Assembly (NCBI GenBank): GCA_029263335.1
Contig: JAJCXS010000263.1
Location: forward strand, 6,407 to 70,406
Source: Acidobacteriota bacterium
Lineage (GTDB): Bacteria > Acidobacteriota > UBA890 > WLXD01
Length of the DNA stretch: 64,000 nt
Direction of reading: 5' to 3'
The first letter of the stretch is position 1; every line of letters begins with the position of its first letter. Made by a program: the position numbers and the translations under genes. The notes below the pieces were generated by a model. That model searched no databases and was not told where the DNA came from. It worked only from the letters and a program-made list of their open reading frames with translations. Below, one piece after another: positions 37,924 through 47,311 of the stretch.

Positions 37924-38760
37924 CTACTCCTGTGAATCGTCCGTGCTGTCGGCCGCGTTGACCACCACCATGTTTCCGTAGCGCAGGTCGATGAGCGAGC
38001 GGGGTTCGGGAGGTTCGACCCTCAGGATAGACACCATACCTGCCAATTTGGCGTCGAGGCGGCTCGCATCCCCGAAGATAATCTCCCAGTGGGGAGTGTC
38101 GAGGACGGCGACGACACCGCGTGGCTCCAGCCTGACGTGGTCCAGCCTTCGGTACAGGGCCAGATCCGCCTGCGGCAACCATTCGAGGATAGCCGCGGCG
38201 TTGTCGAATCTCGTGGCTACGTCACCCTGGAGTCGGCGGTCTTTCCCGACCTCGAAGGCTCCGGCCACGCGCACCACTGGCAGGCCCATGGTCGGACTCT
38301 CGGCCCCGAGGACCACGCCACCGCGCGATACGGCTCGCGACACGTTTCCAGCTTCGACGCGCGCGAAGGCAGCGCGCACCTGTACCGAAACACGGATGGT
38401 GTCGGGCAGCACGCGACGAACCGTCGTCGCATGCACCGCCGGGATGCTCCGTACCTGGCGCTGTACCCAGTCCATCTCGAGGGTGAGCAGGTTGGCGCCA
38501 AGAGCCGGCTGCAGCACGCTTTCAACCGCCAGCTGCACATCTGGCGGCACCTCGTCGACGCGCAAGTGGCGCACGCGGAACGTCTCGTTGCGCTGCACAT
38601 ACTCGTTGCCGAGCCAACCGATGACGCCGCCCACGGCTATGCCGAGAGAAATCAGCGAGAGCTGCAGAAAGACTGCCAGGTTGCTCCGGCGCCGCAGTGC
38701 GGGGCGGTTGCGCACGCGGCGCATGAATTGAGGTGGGCGGCCGCGCCCCGGGTTCACCAT
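37924..38760 (-). CDS. ftsQ: cell division protein FtsQ/DivIB
   Basis: Single TM plus POTRA. Position between murB and ftsA. Confidence 0.7.
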   Translation of the reverse strand: MVNPGRGRPPQFMRRVRNRPALRRRSNLAVFLQLSLISLGIAVGGVIGWLGNEYVQRNETFRVRHLRVDEVPPDVQLAVESVLQPALGANLLTLEMDWVQRQVRSIPAVHATTVRRVLPDTIRVSVQVRAAFARVEAGNVSRAVSRGGVVLGAESPTMGLPVVRVAGAFEVGKDRRLQGDVATRFDNAAAILEWLPQADLALYRRLDHVRLEPRGVVAVLDTPHWEIIFGDASRLDAKLAGMVSILRVEPPEPRSLIDLRYGNMVVVNAADSTDDSQE

Positions 38761-39701
38761 CGGCGAACCTCCGGCTGCAGGTCGATGCCCTCCGTCCGGC
38801 GCGCGGCGGCGACCAACTGGTCGATTAAGCCTTCGACATCCTCGCAGGTGGCACCACGATCGTTGACGATAAAGTTCGCGTGCTGCTCCGAGACCACCGC
38901 CCCGCCTACGCGCATGCCCTTGCAGCCGGCCGCGTCGAGAACGGCCCCGGCAGCCCTGCCCTCCGGGTTGCGGAAGACGCAGCCGGAGTTGCGCGCGCCG
39001 ACCGGCTGTTTGTCGCGCTTGCGCGTCTGCAGCTCTTCATAGCTCGTGCGCAGCGCCAGCGGATCGCCTTCCTGAACTCGGACGGCAACCGCGACCACGA
39101 ACCAGGGGGAAATCACAGAGCGTGGCATGGCCAGCGAGCGGTACTCCCAGCCGAGGTCGGCTGTCGCCACTCGATGGAGCTGGCCGCGACCATCGACGAC
39201 ATCGAGGTATTCGGTGCAGGAGGCCATGTCGCCGCCCCAGCAGCCGGCGTTGCCAGCGGCGGCCCCGCCGAGGGTGCCGGGTAGCCCAGCAGCCCAGACC
39301 AGGCCGTCGAGTCCCGCTGCGACCGTCTTGTGCAGCGCGCGCGCCGTCGGCAGCCCGGCGGCGAACACGGCGCGATCGCGCTCGAACCTGGTTTCGAGAG
39401 TCATGCGGGTCGTGTTGATAACAGGCTCGGCCACTCCCGCATCGCCAACGAGAAGGTTCGTGCCGCCCCCGAGGATCCGGCAGCACAGCGCCCGCTGTCC
39501 CGCCCATTGCGCCAGATCGACGACCTGCTCGGGACGCTCGGGAAACAACATCAACGGGCACGGACCCCCGACCCCGAAGGAGGTGTGACGCCGCAGGGGC
39601 TCCAGGTGACGACTCGCGACGCCGATCGTCTCGGCCATGCGCTCCAGATCCGCCAGTGCCGCGGATGTCCAGCGCTCTGTCGTGTGGTCGGCCGTTGTCA
39701 C
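38754..39701 (-). CDS. murB: UDP-N-acetylenolpyruvoylglucosamine reductase
   Basis: FAD-binding MurB motifs (GGGTNLLV…). Confidence 0.8.
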   Translation of the reverse strand: MTTADHTTERWTSAALADLERMAETIGVASRHLEPLRRHTSFGVGGPCPLMLFPERPEQVVDLAQWAGQRALCCRILGGGTNLLVGDAGVAEPVINTTRMTLETRFERDRAVFAAGLPTARALHKTVAAGLDGLVWAAGLPGTLGGAAAGNAGCWGGDMASCTEYLDVVDGRGQLHRVATADLGWEYRSLAMPRSVISPWFVVAVAVRVQEGDPLALRTSYEELQTRKRDKQPVGARNSGCVFRNPEGRAAGAVLDAAGCKGMRVGGAVVSEQHANFIVNDRGATCEDVEGLIDQLVAAARRTEGIDLQPEVRRW

Positions 39702-39707
39702 GATCGG

Positions 39708-41123
39708 TCAGTCCTGAGAGGTGCTCGTCGAGTTGGGATCGGGCGTGGTTTCTTCGCCGAGCCAGGCGCCGAGCTGATGAGAGATCTTCCATACATCGCC
39801 GGCGCCGAGGGTCATCACCAGGTCCGCCGCCTGCACACGTTCCTTGAGATGTTCCAGCAGAGCTGCAGGATCGTCGGCGAAGTGCACGTTCTTGTGGCCG
39901 TGCTCGCGTACCGCCGCAGCGAGATCCTCTCCGGTTACGCCCGGGATGGGCGCTTCGCTGGCAGCGTAGATCGGGAGTACGTAGACCTCGTCTGCGTCGT
40001 AGAAGGCGCGGCCGAAGTCGTCGCGAAGTAGCTGCGATCGCGAGTACCGGTGCGGTTGAAAGACGACAATGCGGCGACGGTCCGGGAACGCTTCGCCGGC
40101 AGCGCCCAGGACGGCGCGGATTTCAGTCGGGTGGTGCGCGTAGTCATCGACAACCAGCACGTCGCGGGCGTCCTGAATACGCTGGAAGCGTCGGGCCGTG
40201 CCGGCGTAGGACGCGAGCGCGTCGGCGATGGTCTCGAACGGCAAGTCGAGATCGAGGCCGACAGCCACACAGGCGAGCGCGTTGAGGGCGTTGTGCCGGC
40301 CCAGCACCTGCAAGCGGAACGTGCCGAGCTCCTTGTCGCCGGCGTAGCAGAGAACCTCGGTCCCGTCGTCGTCGACCCGGATGTCTGCGGCCCGAATATC
40401 CGCCTGCGGATTCTCGCCATAGGTGACGAGCCGGCGCGTGACGCGCGGCATGACCTCCTGAACCTCGGGGTCGTCGAGACAGACCACGCCGGTGCCGTAG
40501 AAGGGCACCTTGTTCAGAAACTCCACAAACGCGTCGCGCAGTTCGTCGAAATCGCGGTAGTGATCGAGATGTTCGAGGTCGATGTTGGTGACGACTGCGA
40601 TGGTTGGCGACAGGCGCAGGAAGGAACCGTCGCTCTCGTCGGCCTCCGCCACCATGAACTCGCCGCGGCCAAGGCGCGCATTGGTGCCCCAGGCCTCCAG
40701 CTTGCCTCCGATAACGACCGTCGGGTCGAGACCGGCAGCTTCGAACACGGTGGCCATCATCGAGGTCGTGGTGGTCTTGCCGTGCGATCCCGCCAGCAGG
40801 ATGCCGTGTCGCATCCGCATCAACTCGGCCAGCATTTCGGCGCGCGGGATGACCGAGATACCCGCCTGGTGAGCGGCAACAACCTCGGGGTTGTCGCGGT
40901 TGACCGCCGAGGAGGTGATCACCACATCGGCGCCCGCAACGTTCTCCTCGGCGTGGCCGATGGTTACGACCCCACCGAGACCTTCGAGTCTCTCGGTTAC
41001 CGGCGACGCCTTCAGATCCGAGCCCGACACCTCATAATCCAGATTCAGCAGGAGCTCGGCGATGCCGCTCATGCCGATGCCTCCGATGCCGACAAAGTGG
41101 AGTCGGCGCACTCGTTGCAGCAT
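39708..41123 (-). CDS. murC: UDP-N-acetylmuramate--L-alanine ligase
   Basis: Mur ligase motifs (HFVGIGGIGMSG…GSHGKTTTT). Confidence 0.85.
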   Translation of the reverse strand: MLQRVRRLHFVGIGGIGMSGIAELLLNLDYEVSGSDLKASPVTERLEGLGGVVTIGHAEENVAGADVVITSSAVNRDNPEVVAAHQAGISVIPRAEMLAELMRMRHGILLAGSHGKTTTTSMMATVFEAAGLDPTVVIGGKLEAWGTNARLGRGEFMVAEADESDGSFLRLSPTIAVVTNIDLEHLDHYRDFDELRDAFVEFLNKVPFYGTGVVCLDDPEVQEVMPRVTRRLVTYGENPQADIRAADIRVDDDGTEVLCYAGDKELGTFRLQVLGRHNALNALACVAVGLDLDLPFETIADALASYAGTARRFQRIQDARDVLVVDDYAHHPTEIRAVLGAAGEAFPDRRRIVVFQPHRYSRSQLLRDDFGRAFYDADEVYVLPIYAASEAPIPGVTGEDLAAAVREHGHKNVHFADDPAALLEHLKERVQAADLVMTLGAGDVWKISHQLGAWLGEETTPDPNSTSTSQD

Positions 41124-42317
41124 TCAGATCACCTCGCTCGCTCTGGCCGGGTCGTTTTGGGTCGGGACGGCCGTGTCGTTTGGGGTTGTTGGTGCGGCGG
41201 CGGCGTCAACGCCGCGACCAACCAGAGAAAGGGCCAGATCAGCAACCGCGGCAGCTGCACCCGGACGGCCCGCGTCCGCGGCTGCCTTGCCCATGCGATC
41301 GCGCTTGTCCAGATCGCCGGCGATCTCGATGATCGCTGCCGCCAGCGGAGTGCCGTTCATCTCCTCCTCAACGAGCACCGCGGCACCGACGCGTTCCAGC
41401 GCCCGCGCGTTGTCGTGCTGGTGCTGGCCCGCGGCCGCCGGGAAGGGGACCAGGATCGACGGTAGGCCGCAGTACGCGATCTCGGCGCAGGTCGTTGCTC
41501 CGGCGCGTGAACAAACCAGGTCGGCCCGGGCATACGCCTCGCCCATGGAATTGATGAACGGCGCCACCGTTGCTGGAATCCCGTACTTGCTCCAGGCTTC
41601 CCGCAGATGCTCCAGGTCACACTTGCCGGTCTGATGGGTCACGGTAAGGGCTACGTCGGCCTCGGCGAGCTGCGGAATGGCCAGCTCCAGCATGGAGTTC
41701 AGCCCGCGCGCGCCCTGGCTGCCGCCCAGAATCAGCAGGTGCGTCGCCTTGCGCGCGCGTAACGAAGCGCGCTCCGCCGGCAGTGCCGCCCGGATGGGGT
41801 TGCCGGTGACCACAGCCTTGGCGCCGAGTCGGGCAACGGTCTCGGCGAAGGAAACGGCCACAGCGCGGGCGAGAGGGCGCAGCATCCGTGTGGTCAGACC
41901 CGGCATGGCGTTCTGCTCCAGTACCAGAAGGGGAATGCCAGACAGCCAGCTGGCGAGTCCTGTGGGACCGCAGACGTAGCCTCCCGTGGCGATAACGATG
42001 TCGGCGCCGAAGCTTTGGAGATGACGTCGAGCGCGCAGAACAGCGCTCGGGAGCTGGGCGGCGGTGCGGAGCTTGCCCAGCAGTCCACGGCCCATGAGCG
42101 GCTGCACGGACACCTCGACGACCGGGTAGGGCACGATGCCGCGAAGCTGGCGTTCATTGGTTCGTGGCGAGCCAATCACGAGGAATTCGCAGGGAGTCTT
42201 CGCCTCAAGGGCCTCGGCGGTGGCCAGCGCAGGCATCAGGTGCCCGCCCGTGCCCCCGGCGGCCAGTGCCACGCGCAGGGGCCGAGCAGCGGCGGAAGAG
42301 TGGTGTCGTGAACTCAT
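41124..42317 (-). CDS. murG: undecaprenyldiphospho-muramoylpentapeptide beta-N-acetylglucosaminyltransferase
   Basis: LAAGGTGGHLMPALA. Start at ATG 42317 (MSSRHH…), overlapping the ftsW stop by 4 bp. The track ORF is 5' over-extended. Confidence 0.8.
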   Translation of the reverse strand: MSSRHHSSAAARPLRVALAAGGTGGHLMPALATAEALEAKTPCEFLVIGSPRTNERQLRGIVPYPVVEVSVQPLMGRGLLGKLRTAAQLPSAVLRARRHLQSFGADIVIATGGYVCGPTGLASWLSGIPLLVLEQNAMPGLTTRMLRPLARAVAVSFAETVARLGAKAVVTGNPIRAALPAERASLRARKATHLLILGGSQGARGLNSMLELAIPQLAEADVALTVTHQTGKCDLEHLREAWSKYGIPATVAPFINSMGEAYARADLVCSRAGATTCAEIAYCGLPSILVPFPAAAGQHQHDNARALERVGAAVLVEEEMNGTPLAAAIIEIAGDLDKRDRMGKAAADAGRPGAAAAVADLALSLVGRGVDAAAAPTTPNDTAVPTQNDPARASEVI

Positions 42318-43444
42318 GTGTGGGCGTGCTGCGAGATGTTCAGGAGGATGCCGACGGCGATGCAGCTGGCCAGCATCGAGGAGCCACCGTAGCTGATCAT
42401 CGGCAAGGGGATGCCGGTCGTAGGCAGGAGGTTGACCACGATGCTCATGTTGATCAGGGCTTGCACGACCAGAAAACACGTCAGACCCATGCCCAGGTAG
42501 AAACCGAAGCGGTCGGGAGCTCGCAGCGAGGCTCGCACGCCGCGCCAGAGCAACACGACAAACAGGGCAACAACAACAACCGCACCCACCAGGCCGAACT
42601 CCTCGGCCATCACCGCGTAGATGAAATCGGTGTACGGATCCGGGAGGAAGCCGGTCTTCTGCTGGCCGGCCGCGAAGCCGACGCCCGTGAGCCCGCCCGA
42701 CCCGACTGCCGTTAACGACTGCACCGTCTGATAGCCCGATCCACGGTGATTACCCCAGGGGTCGAGAAACGCGATGATGCGTTGCGACTGGTAGCCGGAG
42801 CGGAGAATCTGAGTCGTCGCCGCGATCACGGCGATGGCGCCGATGTTGGCGACGTATTTCCATGACAGGCCGCCCACCCACAGCATGGCTCCGGCGATGG
42901 CGCTGATCATGCACGCCGTGCCCAGATCGGGTTCGACGGCGACCAACAGCACGATGGTCCCCACCACCAGCAGGATCGGAAGAATGCCCCGGCGGAATTC
43001 ATTGAGTCGGTCGTCCTTGCGCGCCAGAAACGAGGCTAGGAACACGATCACGGCCAGCTTGGCGAATTCCGAGGGCTGCGCGTTGAACACGCCGAGCGAG
43101 ATCCAGCGCTGGGACCCGCGCGAGGCTGGCAACAACAGGACGAGAACGAGGGCGCCGATGATTCCCAGAACGGCGACCGCCACGTAGACCGGCTTCTGGT
43201 ACTGGCGGTAGTCGATCAGCATGGCCGCCAGCAGCAGGGCCAGACCCAGGGCCATAGCGATGCCCTGGCGGCTGACGAAGTGCAGATCGTGGCTGTAGTC
43301 CCGCTGCGAGATCGCGAACGAAGCCGAATACACCATCACCAGACCAATGGCCATGAGGGTAGAGACTGCCAAGAAGAGATACCTGTCCACTGCAAGCCAG
43401 CGACTCGCCATGCTGTCTTCCCCGGTGTCAGTCAGTTGCCGCAC
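42314..43444 (-). CDS. ftsW: peptidoglycan glycosyltransferase FtsW (SEDS family)
   Basis: 10-TM SEDS protein, in the canonical position. Confidence 0.8.
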   Translation of the reverse strand: MRQLTDTGEDSMASRWLAVDRYLFLAVSTLMAIGLVMVYSASFAISQRDYSHDLHFVSRQGIAMALGLALLLAAMLIDYRQYQKPVYVAVAVLGIIGALVLVLLLPASRGSQRWISLGVFNAQPSEFAKLAVIVFLASFLARKDDRLNEFRRGILPILLVVGTIVLLVAVEPDLGTACMISAIAGAMLWVGGLSWKYVANIGAIAVIAATTQILRSGYQSQRIIAFLDPWGNHRGSGYQTVQSLTAVGSGGLTGVGFAAGQQKTGFLPDPYTDFIYAVMAEEFGLVGAVVVVALFVVLLWRGVRASLRAPDRFGFYLGMGLTCFLVVQALINMSIVVNLLPTTGIPLPMISYGGSSMLASCIAVGILLNISQHAHT

Positions 43445-44807
43445 GGGCGGCGATCAGAGTCCTGAAGTGTCGGCCTCGTTGCTCGAAATCATCGTATTGG
43501 TCAAAACTGGTACAGGCCGGCGCCAATAACAGCACGTCGCCTGGCGCGGCTGCTCGCAGCGCCGCATCGACGGCGGCTTCGAGCGTCCCGCATTCATCCA
43601 GCTCCACCTGACCACCAAGCGACGATGCGATGCGCGCGGTGGCCTCGCCCACGAGCAGGACGCGTCGAACCTTGGAGCTAAGGTGTGGCAGTAGGGCGTC
43701 GAAGTCGGAATCCTTGTCGCGCCCTCCCAGGATGAGCCAAATGGGCGCATCAACACCGGACAGGGCCGCCGCCGTGGCGCCGACGTTCGTTGCCTTGGAG
43801 TCGTTCACGCAACGCACGCCATCGACGGTGCCGCATGGCTCCATCCGGTGAGGCAGCCCGCGAAACGCACTGAGCGCCTTGGCGGCATCGCTGGTGCTCG
43901 CCCCGGCCAGGCATGCAATCGCCGTAGCCGCCGCGGCGTTGAGATGGTTGTGCCGTCCCAACACCTGCAGATCGTTGGTGTCCAGAACGTTCGTGCTCCG
44001 GGCTTCGGGACCGCGCCAGCGAAGCGTCTCGCCTTCCAGCCAGGCGGCGGGTCCGGTGTTGGTGGCCGAAGTTCCGAACGGCACGAGTCTGGGGCCGGTG
44101 GGGAGATGATCCGCCAGGTAGGTGTCGTCGCTGCCGTAAACGAGCCAGTCTGCGTCGGTGCAATTGACGCAGATGCGGAGTTTGGCGGCGGCGTAGGCGT
44201 CCAGCGTCTGGTGCCGGTCGAGGTGGTCGGCGCTGATGTTCAGAATCGCGCTCCAGCGCGGGCGGAAGCTGCCGATGGCCTCCGTTTGAAAGGACGAAAG
44301 CTCGAGCACGTAACGCTCGGGCGCGACATCGCCCCGCAGCGCGGCGGCAACGACGCTCGACCAGGGTCGGCCGATGTTGCCGCACACCGGGGCCTCGAAC
44401 TCGGCCTTTTGCAGGATCGCGCCCACCATGGCGGTCACGGTGCTCTTGCCGTTGGAGCCTGTGATGGCAACGCAAGGTGCTGTGGCGAACTCCGCTGCGA
44501 GTTCTATCTCGGATATGACTGGGAGTCCTCTCGCGCGCGCGGTCGCGAGCGGCGGTGCCTGCGGCGGGATACCGGGGGAGGCCACGACGGCGTCGGCCTG
44601 GTCCCACAGTGCGGCCGGATGCCCACCTAGCGCGAGCTCGGCTCCCAGATCGGCGACGCGGGAAAGGTCGGTGGCAAGCTCGCTCGCCGGGTGGCTGTCG
44701 GTGAGGGTCACCCGGGCGCCGAGGTGCAGGAGCAGCTCGGCGGCGGCCGCGCCACTACGGCCGGCACCGACCACCGCGACATGCCGCTGCTTCCAGGGAG
44801 AAGTCAT
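43428..44807 (-). CDS. murD: UDP-N-acetylmuramoylalanine--D-glutamate ligase
   Basis: MTSPWKQRHVAVVGAGRSG… Start ATG at 44805-44807 overlaps the mraY stop (ATGA). The 731-aa track ORF is an artefactual 5' extension through mraY. Confidence 0.8.
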   Translation of the reverse strand: MTSPWKQRHVAVVGAGRSGAAAAELLLHLGARVTLTDSHPASELATDLSRVADLGAELALGGHPAALWDQADAVVASPGIPPQAPPLATARARGLPVISEIELAAEFATAPCVAITGSNGKSTVTAMVGAILQKAEFEAPVCGNIGRPWSSVVAAALRGDVAPERYVLELSSFQTEAIGSFRPRWSAILNISADHLDRHQTLDAYAAAKLRICVNCTDADWLVYGSDDTYLADHLPTGPRLVPFGTSATNTGPAAWLEGETLRWRGPEARSTNVLDTNDLQVLGRHNHLNAAAATAIACLAGASTSDAAKALSAFRGLPHRMEPCGTVDGVRCVNDSKATNVGATAAALSGVDAPIWLILGGRDKDSDFDALLPHLSSKVRRVLLVGEATARIASSLGGQVELDECGTLEAAVDAALRAAAPGDVLLLAPACTSFDQYDDFEQRGRHFRTLIAARAATD

Positions 44808-45889
44808 CTTAGTTTGAGCGTGGCCAGAGACAACATGGCGAAAAGCATGGCGAGAATCCAGAACCGCACGATGACCTTGGACTCGCTCCAGCCGGCCAGC
44901 TCGAAGTGATGATGCAAGGGCGCCATACGAAATACGCGCTTGCCTCGGGTTCGAAAACTGCCCACCTGAACGATCACGGAGAGCGCCTCGAGGCAAAACA
45001 CTCCCCCCACCAGGATCAGCACGATCTCCTGCTTGATCAGCAACGCGATCAGCCCAACCGCGGCGCCTAGCGCCAAGGAGCCGGTGTCCCCCATGAACAC
45101 CTGTGCCGGATGACAGTTGTACCAGAGAAAGCCGAGGCAGGCGCCGACAATCGCGCCCGCAAAGATGGTTATTTCGGCGATTCCCGGCACGAAGATGATG
45201 TCCAGGTAGTCGGCAATCACGGCATGGCCCGCGACGTAGGCGAACGCGGTGTACGCGATGGCGGAAATCATCACGCAGCCCGTCGCCAGCCCATCGAGGC
45301 CGTCGGTCAGGTTCACGGCGTTGGATGCAGCGACGAGAACCAGCGCGGCGAACGGCACGTACAGGGCATTCAGGTGGGGGCTGACGTTCTTGAATAGCGG
45401 CAGCGACAGCTGGGTGGTGAAGACACCGATGGAGGCAAGCCACCACAGGACTCCGCCAACCGCGAGGGAGAGCGCGATCTGTGCCAGGAACTTCGAGCGC
45501 GCCGACAGGCCGCGGCGGCGCGAATGCACCGTGCCCATGTAGTCGTCGAGGAAACCCAGCGCGGCGAAACCGGCCGTGCCGGCCAGAGCCAACCAGATGA
45601 AGACGTTGGTGGGATCGGCCCACAGGATGGTCGAGACGAGAATCGCCGTGATGATCAGAACTCCGCCCATGGTCGGCGTGCCCTGTTTGGCGGCGTGGCT
45701 GGCGGGCCCCTCGGAACGAATCTGCTCACCGATTTGCGCGGCGCGCAGGCGAGCAATCACCACCGGACCAAGAAGCAGGGTCAGCGCCAGCGCCGTCGAG
45801 GCGCTCATCGCGGTTCGGAAGGTCAGGTAGCGGAATACGTTCAGGGGCGACCACGCGTCGGCCAGCGAAACGAGCAGTTCATAGAGCAT
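44804..45889 (-). CDS. mraY: phospho-N-acetylmuramoyl-pentapeptide transferase
   Basis: MraY motifs (…DDYMG…NAVNLTDGLDGLA…). Confidence 0.9.
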   Translation of the reverse strand: MLYELLVSLADAWSPLNVFRYLTFRTAMSASTALALTLLLGPVVIARLRAAQIGEQIRSEGPASHAAKQGTPTMGGVLIITAILVSTILWADPTNVFIWLALAGTAGFAALGFLDDYMGTVHSRRRGLSARSKFLAQIALSLAVGGVLWWLASIGVFTTQLSLPLFKNVSPHLNALYVPFAALVLVAASNAVNLTDGLDGLATGCVMISAIAYTAFAYVAGHAVIADYLDIIFVPGIAEITIFAGAIVGACLGFLWYNCHPAQVFMGDTGSLALGAAVGLIALLIKQEIVLILVGGVFCLEALSVIVQVGSFRTRGKRVFRMAPLHHHFELAGWSESKVIVRFWILAMLFAMLSLATLKLR

Positions 45890-45892
45890 TGG

Positions 45893-47311
45893 CTAGTCCG
45901 TCCCGGTCGCGGCGTCGAGAAGGGCTTGGGTGACGCGTTCCATACGAATCCCTCGTGAGCCCTTGATCAGTACAGTGTCGCCCGGACGGGCGATGTCTCG
46001 GATGACGTCGGCGGCTTCGTGCGACGTCCCAAACGTGTGGATTGCGGCCTCTTTCATGCCGCCGGCGGTAGCGCCGAGAGCTATGTCGCGGGCCAGAGGG
46101 CCCACCGTGACCAGAGTGTCAATGCCCACTGCCGCGGCGTGCAGGCCGACCTCGCGGTGGGCTTCCTCGGCCCAGGCGCCGAGTTCGAGCATGTCTCCCG
46201 CGGCGAGGATGCGCCTGCCGGCGGTGATGCTGCCGGCAAGCGTATCGATGGCGCTCAGCATCGCCGCGGGCGAGGCGTTGTAACTATCGTCGATCACGGC
46301 GATGCCGTCGCCGGTGCGTCGCATCTGCCCGCGCATCGTCGGCAGCGCCAGGCCACTCGTCCGCTCCGCTACGGTCTGCGCTTCGATTCCGACCGCGTGA
46401 GCGACCGCGGCGGCGGCCAGGAAATTCGACAGCGAATGCTCGCCCGCCAGTGGCAGTTGCGCCGGGACCGGATCGGCGCCGGGAAGGCCAAGCGTGAAGC
46501 GCCAGCCGCCCTCGATAGCTTCGGCGTCGGATGCCTGAATGTCCGCCTTCGGCCCGGTCCCGAAACGCAGCACGCGAGCCACGCGATCATCGAACTCGTC
46601 GCCGATGGCGGCTGTCCAGGCGTTGTCTGCGTTGACGATCAGCGTGCCATCGCTGCGCAACGCCTCGGCCAGTTCGCGCTTGGCCGCGGCAACGCCAGCG
46701 ACATTATCGAAGTTCTCCATGTGTACGGGTGCCACATTGGTGATGACCGCGATCTGTGGTTGGGCGAGGGCCGCGAGCAGTCGGATCTCGCCAGGGCCGC
46801 TCATGCCCAACTCGGCCACCATCCACTGGTGGTCGGGCTCGAGTCCCAACAGCGACAGCGGCAATCCCCAGTGATTGTTGAAGTTGCCGGGGGTGGCGAG
46901 AGTGGCGGCGCTGTCTCGCAGCAGGCCATACGTGAGCGCCTTCGTGGTGGTCTTCCCGACGCTGCCGGTGATTGCCACCACTAGCGGGTCGATGGTCTGG
47001 CGCACATGAGCGGAGAACGCCTGCAGGGCAGCAGTCGTATCGTCGACCAGGATGATCGCAGCGCTGGTGAGATTCTCCAGATGAGGGAGGGCTTCGGGTC
47101 GCTGAATGACGACCACGCTGGCCCCGGCCGCGATGGCTTGAGGCAGGTAGCGGTGCCCGTCGTCCCGTGGTCCGACGATGGCGAAGAAGCACACCTCCGG
47201 GCCAACCTGGCGCGAGTCGATGACCACGCGGCAGCAGCGCTTGTCGCCGTCGCCGTCGACGAGCTTGCCGTTGAGAATCGCCGTGAGTTCGGTACCTGTG
47301 GTGGCGATCAT
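45893..47311 (-). CDS. murF: UDP-MurNAc-tripeptide--D-Ala-D-Ala ligase
   Basis: Mur ligase (ITGSVGKTTTK). Confidence 0.8.
   Translation of the reverse strand: MIATTGTELTAILNGKLVDGDGDKRCCRVVIDSRQVGPEVCFFAIVGPRDDGHRYLPQAIAAGASVVVIQRPEALPHLENLTSAAIILVDDTTAALQAFSAHVRQTIDPLVVAITGSVGKTTTKALTYGLLRDSAATLATPGNFNNHWGLPLSLLGLEPDHQWMVAELGMSGPGEIRLLAALAQPQIAVITNVAPVHMENFDNVAGVAAAKRELAEALRSDGTLIVNADNAWTAAIGDEFDDRVARVLRFGTGPKADIQASDAEAIEGGWRFTLGLPGADPVPAQLPLAGEHSLSNFLAAAAVAHAVGIEAQTVAERTSGLALPTMRGQMRRTGDGIAVIDDSYNASPAAMLSAIDTLAGSITAGRRILAAGDMLELGAWAEEAHREVGLHAAAVGIDTLVTVGPLARDIALGATAGGMKEAAIHTFGTSHEAADVIRDIARPGDTVLIKGSRGIRMERVTQALLDAATGTD

Noticed and set aside
36683-38182. 499-aa FtsA with a long Arg/Pro-rich N-terminal extension
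   Set aside because: The extension has no internal Met and overlaps ftsQ in another frame. A TTG with a good AGGAG immediately precedes the conserved IVGLDIGT start.
43428-45623. 731-aa ORF suggesting a giant MurD
   Set aside because: The N-terminal ~270 aa is an out-of-frame read through mraY with no domain content. murD begins at the ATG overlapping the mraY stop (44807).
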